Positions 62,220 through 64,000 of a stretch of 64,000 bases of DNA are shown in pieces (the stretch's first letter is position 1; the number at the start of each line of letters is the position of its first letter). The notes under the pieces were generated by a model. It had not been told where the DNA came from. It ran no database searches and was given only the letters and a program-made list of their open reading frames with translations. The translations under genes and the position numbers were made by a program. This DNA is from Vampirovibrionaceae bacterium NZW_1234. Its GTDB lineage: Bacteria > Cyanobacteriota > Vampirovibrionia > Vampirovibrionales > JAGQHJ01. Location: the NCBI GenBank assembly GCA_041697335.1, contig JBGUGD010000002.1, positions 160,001 through 224,000 on the forward strand, written 5' to 3'.

Positions 62220-63860
62220 TTATTTTTGCTCACTGGCCAGTTTAACAGTCATATGGCCTTTCAGCAGTTTATTGCCATCCAGAGTGTTGGCACCGGCAAT
62301 GCCTTCAATGCCGCCAAGGACTTCTTTCATCCCGGCTTGACCACTGATGGCGCCCTTGGAGGCCGCATCCAAAAGTGCGGCACTATTACGGACATCCATA
62401 TAGAAAATTCCCGAGGATTTGGCCGGTAATTTTTCGGTCAGTTCTTTATAGAGCTTGCTCTCGCTGAGCGAAGGGGCCTTTTTCTGCTGGATACTGTACA
62501 TGGTTTGCAGACCGTCCTGCGTTCCTACGGCCAAGGTGTCGGTTTGGACACCACTATAACCCACTTTCAGAGGCAAAGCAGGGGATTGCAGAACTTTTAG
62601 ACTGTGGGAGGCGTCGACTTTCTGATCCACCATCTGACCGCCGGTCATTTGGGCTGTCATAGCGCCCAATTGTTCCATCGTCTTCGTGGTGTCAGCATTC
62701 TGGTTTAAGAACACCAAAACATCCGGTTGACCGTTTTTAGCCATTAAGCCAATGGCGGCTTTGCCATCAAACAGGCTGATGATGTTTTTCCGTAAATCCA
62801 GCCCCAGGGCCTGAAGTTGCGTTGTGATTGTATTGAGAGAAGCCTTGCTCTCTTCGGTCGCAATGTGATTAGCATAAAGATCGTAGTAGTGACCTAATCC
62901 AGCCATACCACCATACAGAACCGTGTTCTCAGGCAATAACTTGGCCATATCCAAGGTCGACTGAGACGTCAGCGCTTGGGCAATATCCTTGCGGAAGGAT
63001 TCGTTTTTGATTTTGTCCAAGGCCAAGGGAGTAAAGGTATCGAACTGAATATACTGATCTTTCTCAATGGAGATACTACCGACCATCACAGGCGTTGCTG
63101 TTTGCATTTGCTGTTGAAACTCGGCAATTTTGACCATGGTATCGTTCTTTACAGCACCAGGGAGGTTGGGAGGCATGCGGTTGAACGCAGCCGACGCCAT
63201 CAAGACGGTGCCTTGGCGTTTTTCGGGTAACAGCCCGAGGTTGTCCTTGAACAAAGGATTATCCAGTAACGTTTTGCTGGTTTGATATTCTTTCACCGCA
63301 GCCCGAAGCACATCCACATTTTCAGCTGTCAGCAAATTGCCTTTATGAAGGGCCATAGCACCGTTACTGGGGCTTTTTGTGGTGATCAAGGTTGTATCAC
63401 CTTCCTTGGTAACAGCCAGCTGCTCCATGGGCAAGCCCAAGGTTTTTGCAAGCGATTCAGGGGTTACATTGCCCCGTGTCGGGATAACGGCCAGGAACTC
63501 GTTGTTGGGGGCGGCTTGGGAATTGTTGGCAGTTGTACTGGGCCAGCTGCCAAAGCCAAACACCGGCTGAAAATCTTTTTCAAAGAGTTGACTGAGTTGG
63601 ACATCAATTTTCGGGCTTCGGGGATTTGACAAGGTGCGGAGTTTATCGACACCGTTGAAGAAGCGGGAAGCCAATTGATCGCCAGGGGCAAGCTCAACAT
63701 ACAGACCCGTATTTTCAGGGTAATACCGATACAATTCGGTCACCAATTGACCTTTTTTGGGCTGCATAAAGAAGAAAACGGCAGCGGCTACAGCCACCAA
63801 GCCAAGTAGCGCCATTATTAGCAGCTTGGCGTTATTGGATTTGGGTTGATTCTCGGACAC
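62220..63860 (-). CDS. DUF3352-like membrane-anchored protein
   Basis: N-terminal TM, YYPENTGLY / LLPENTVLY repeats, GLDLRKNIISLFDG, GIFYMDV; SD GAGG. Confidence 0.7.
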   Translation of the reverse strand: MSENQPKSNNAKLLIMALLGLVAVAAAVFFFMQPKKGQLVTELYRYYPENTGLYVELAPGDQLASRFFNGVDKLRTLSNPRSPKIDVQLSQLFEKDFQPVFGFGSWPSTTANNSQAAPNNEFLAVIPTRGNVTPESLAKTLGLPMEQLAVTKEGDTTLITTKSPSNGAMALHKGNLLTAENVDVLRAAVKEYQTSKTLLDNPLFKDNLGLLPEKRQGTVLMASAAFNRMPPNLPGAVKNDTMVKIAEFQQQMQTATPVMVGSISIEKDQYIQFDTFTPLALDKIKNESFRKDIAQALTSQSTLDMAKLLPENTVLYGGMAGLGHYYDLYANHIATEESKASLNTITTQLQALGLDLRKNIISLFDGKAAIGLMAKNGQPDVLVFLNQNADTTKTMEQLGAMTAQMTGGQMVDQKVDASHSLKVLQSPALPLKVGYSGVQTDTLAVGTQDGLQTMYSIQQKKAPSLSESKLYKELTEKLPAKSSGIFYMDVRNSAALLDAASKGAISGQAGMKEVLGGIEGIAGANTLDGNKLLKGHMTVKLASEQK

Positions 63861-64000
63861 GAATAAACTACCTCATCTCGTAACCATACAGAACATTTCT
63901 CATATGATACTGTCATGGGTGAGTCGAATCAACAGAAGCTTTTGCTCAAGGGGCGTCTTATCCAAAATGCAGAGTCTTTTTAATGCTAAAGCCCTTTTTA

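Overview
Chromosomal window (roughly 45-50% GC by eye) from a bacterium that appears to be a non-photosynthetic cyanobacterial relative (Vampirovibrionia/Melainabacteria-like). This is inferred from cyanobacterial-type GltX and AhcY and a DUF3352-like protein, not proven. Housekeeping genes (purA, sucCD, aldehyde dehydrogenase, guaB, gltX, ahcY, ppdK, tRNA-Gly, ppk1-ppx, sixA, MalK-type ATPase) are interspersed with many orphan genes. No CRISPR array, transposase, integrase or prophage is visible. Main signals: (1) 11 unrelated accessory proteins carry an N-terminal extension ending in x-R-F-[G/S/A/C], absent from the core enzymes, which is a candidate lineage-specific export or targeting signal; (2) two tandem caspase-fold proteases in circularly permuted (p10-before-p20) order; (3) a recurring non-sigma70 promoter-like motif, [AC][GT]CA[ACT]-N16-GTTTTTAT, often with an upstream 11-bp tandem repeat, preceding low-complexity orphan genes and two highly structured candidate ncRNAs (~660 nt and ~245 nt); (4) a HEAT-repeat protein with a toxin-like C-terminal domain; (5) a eukaryote-type IMP dehydrogenase. 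All family calls come from motif recognition by eye; no searches or folding programs were run.
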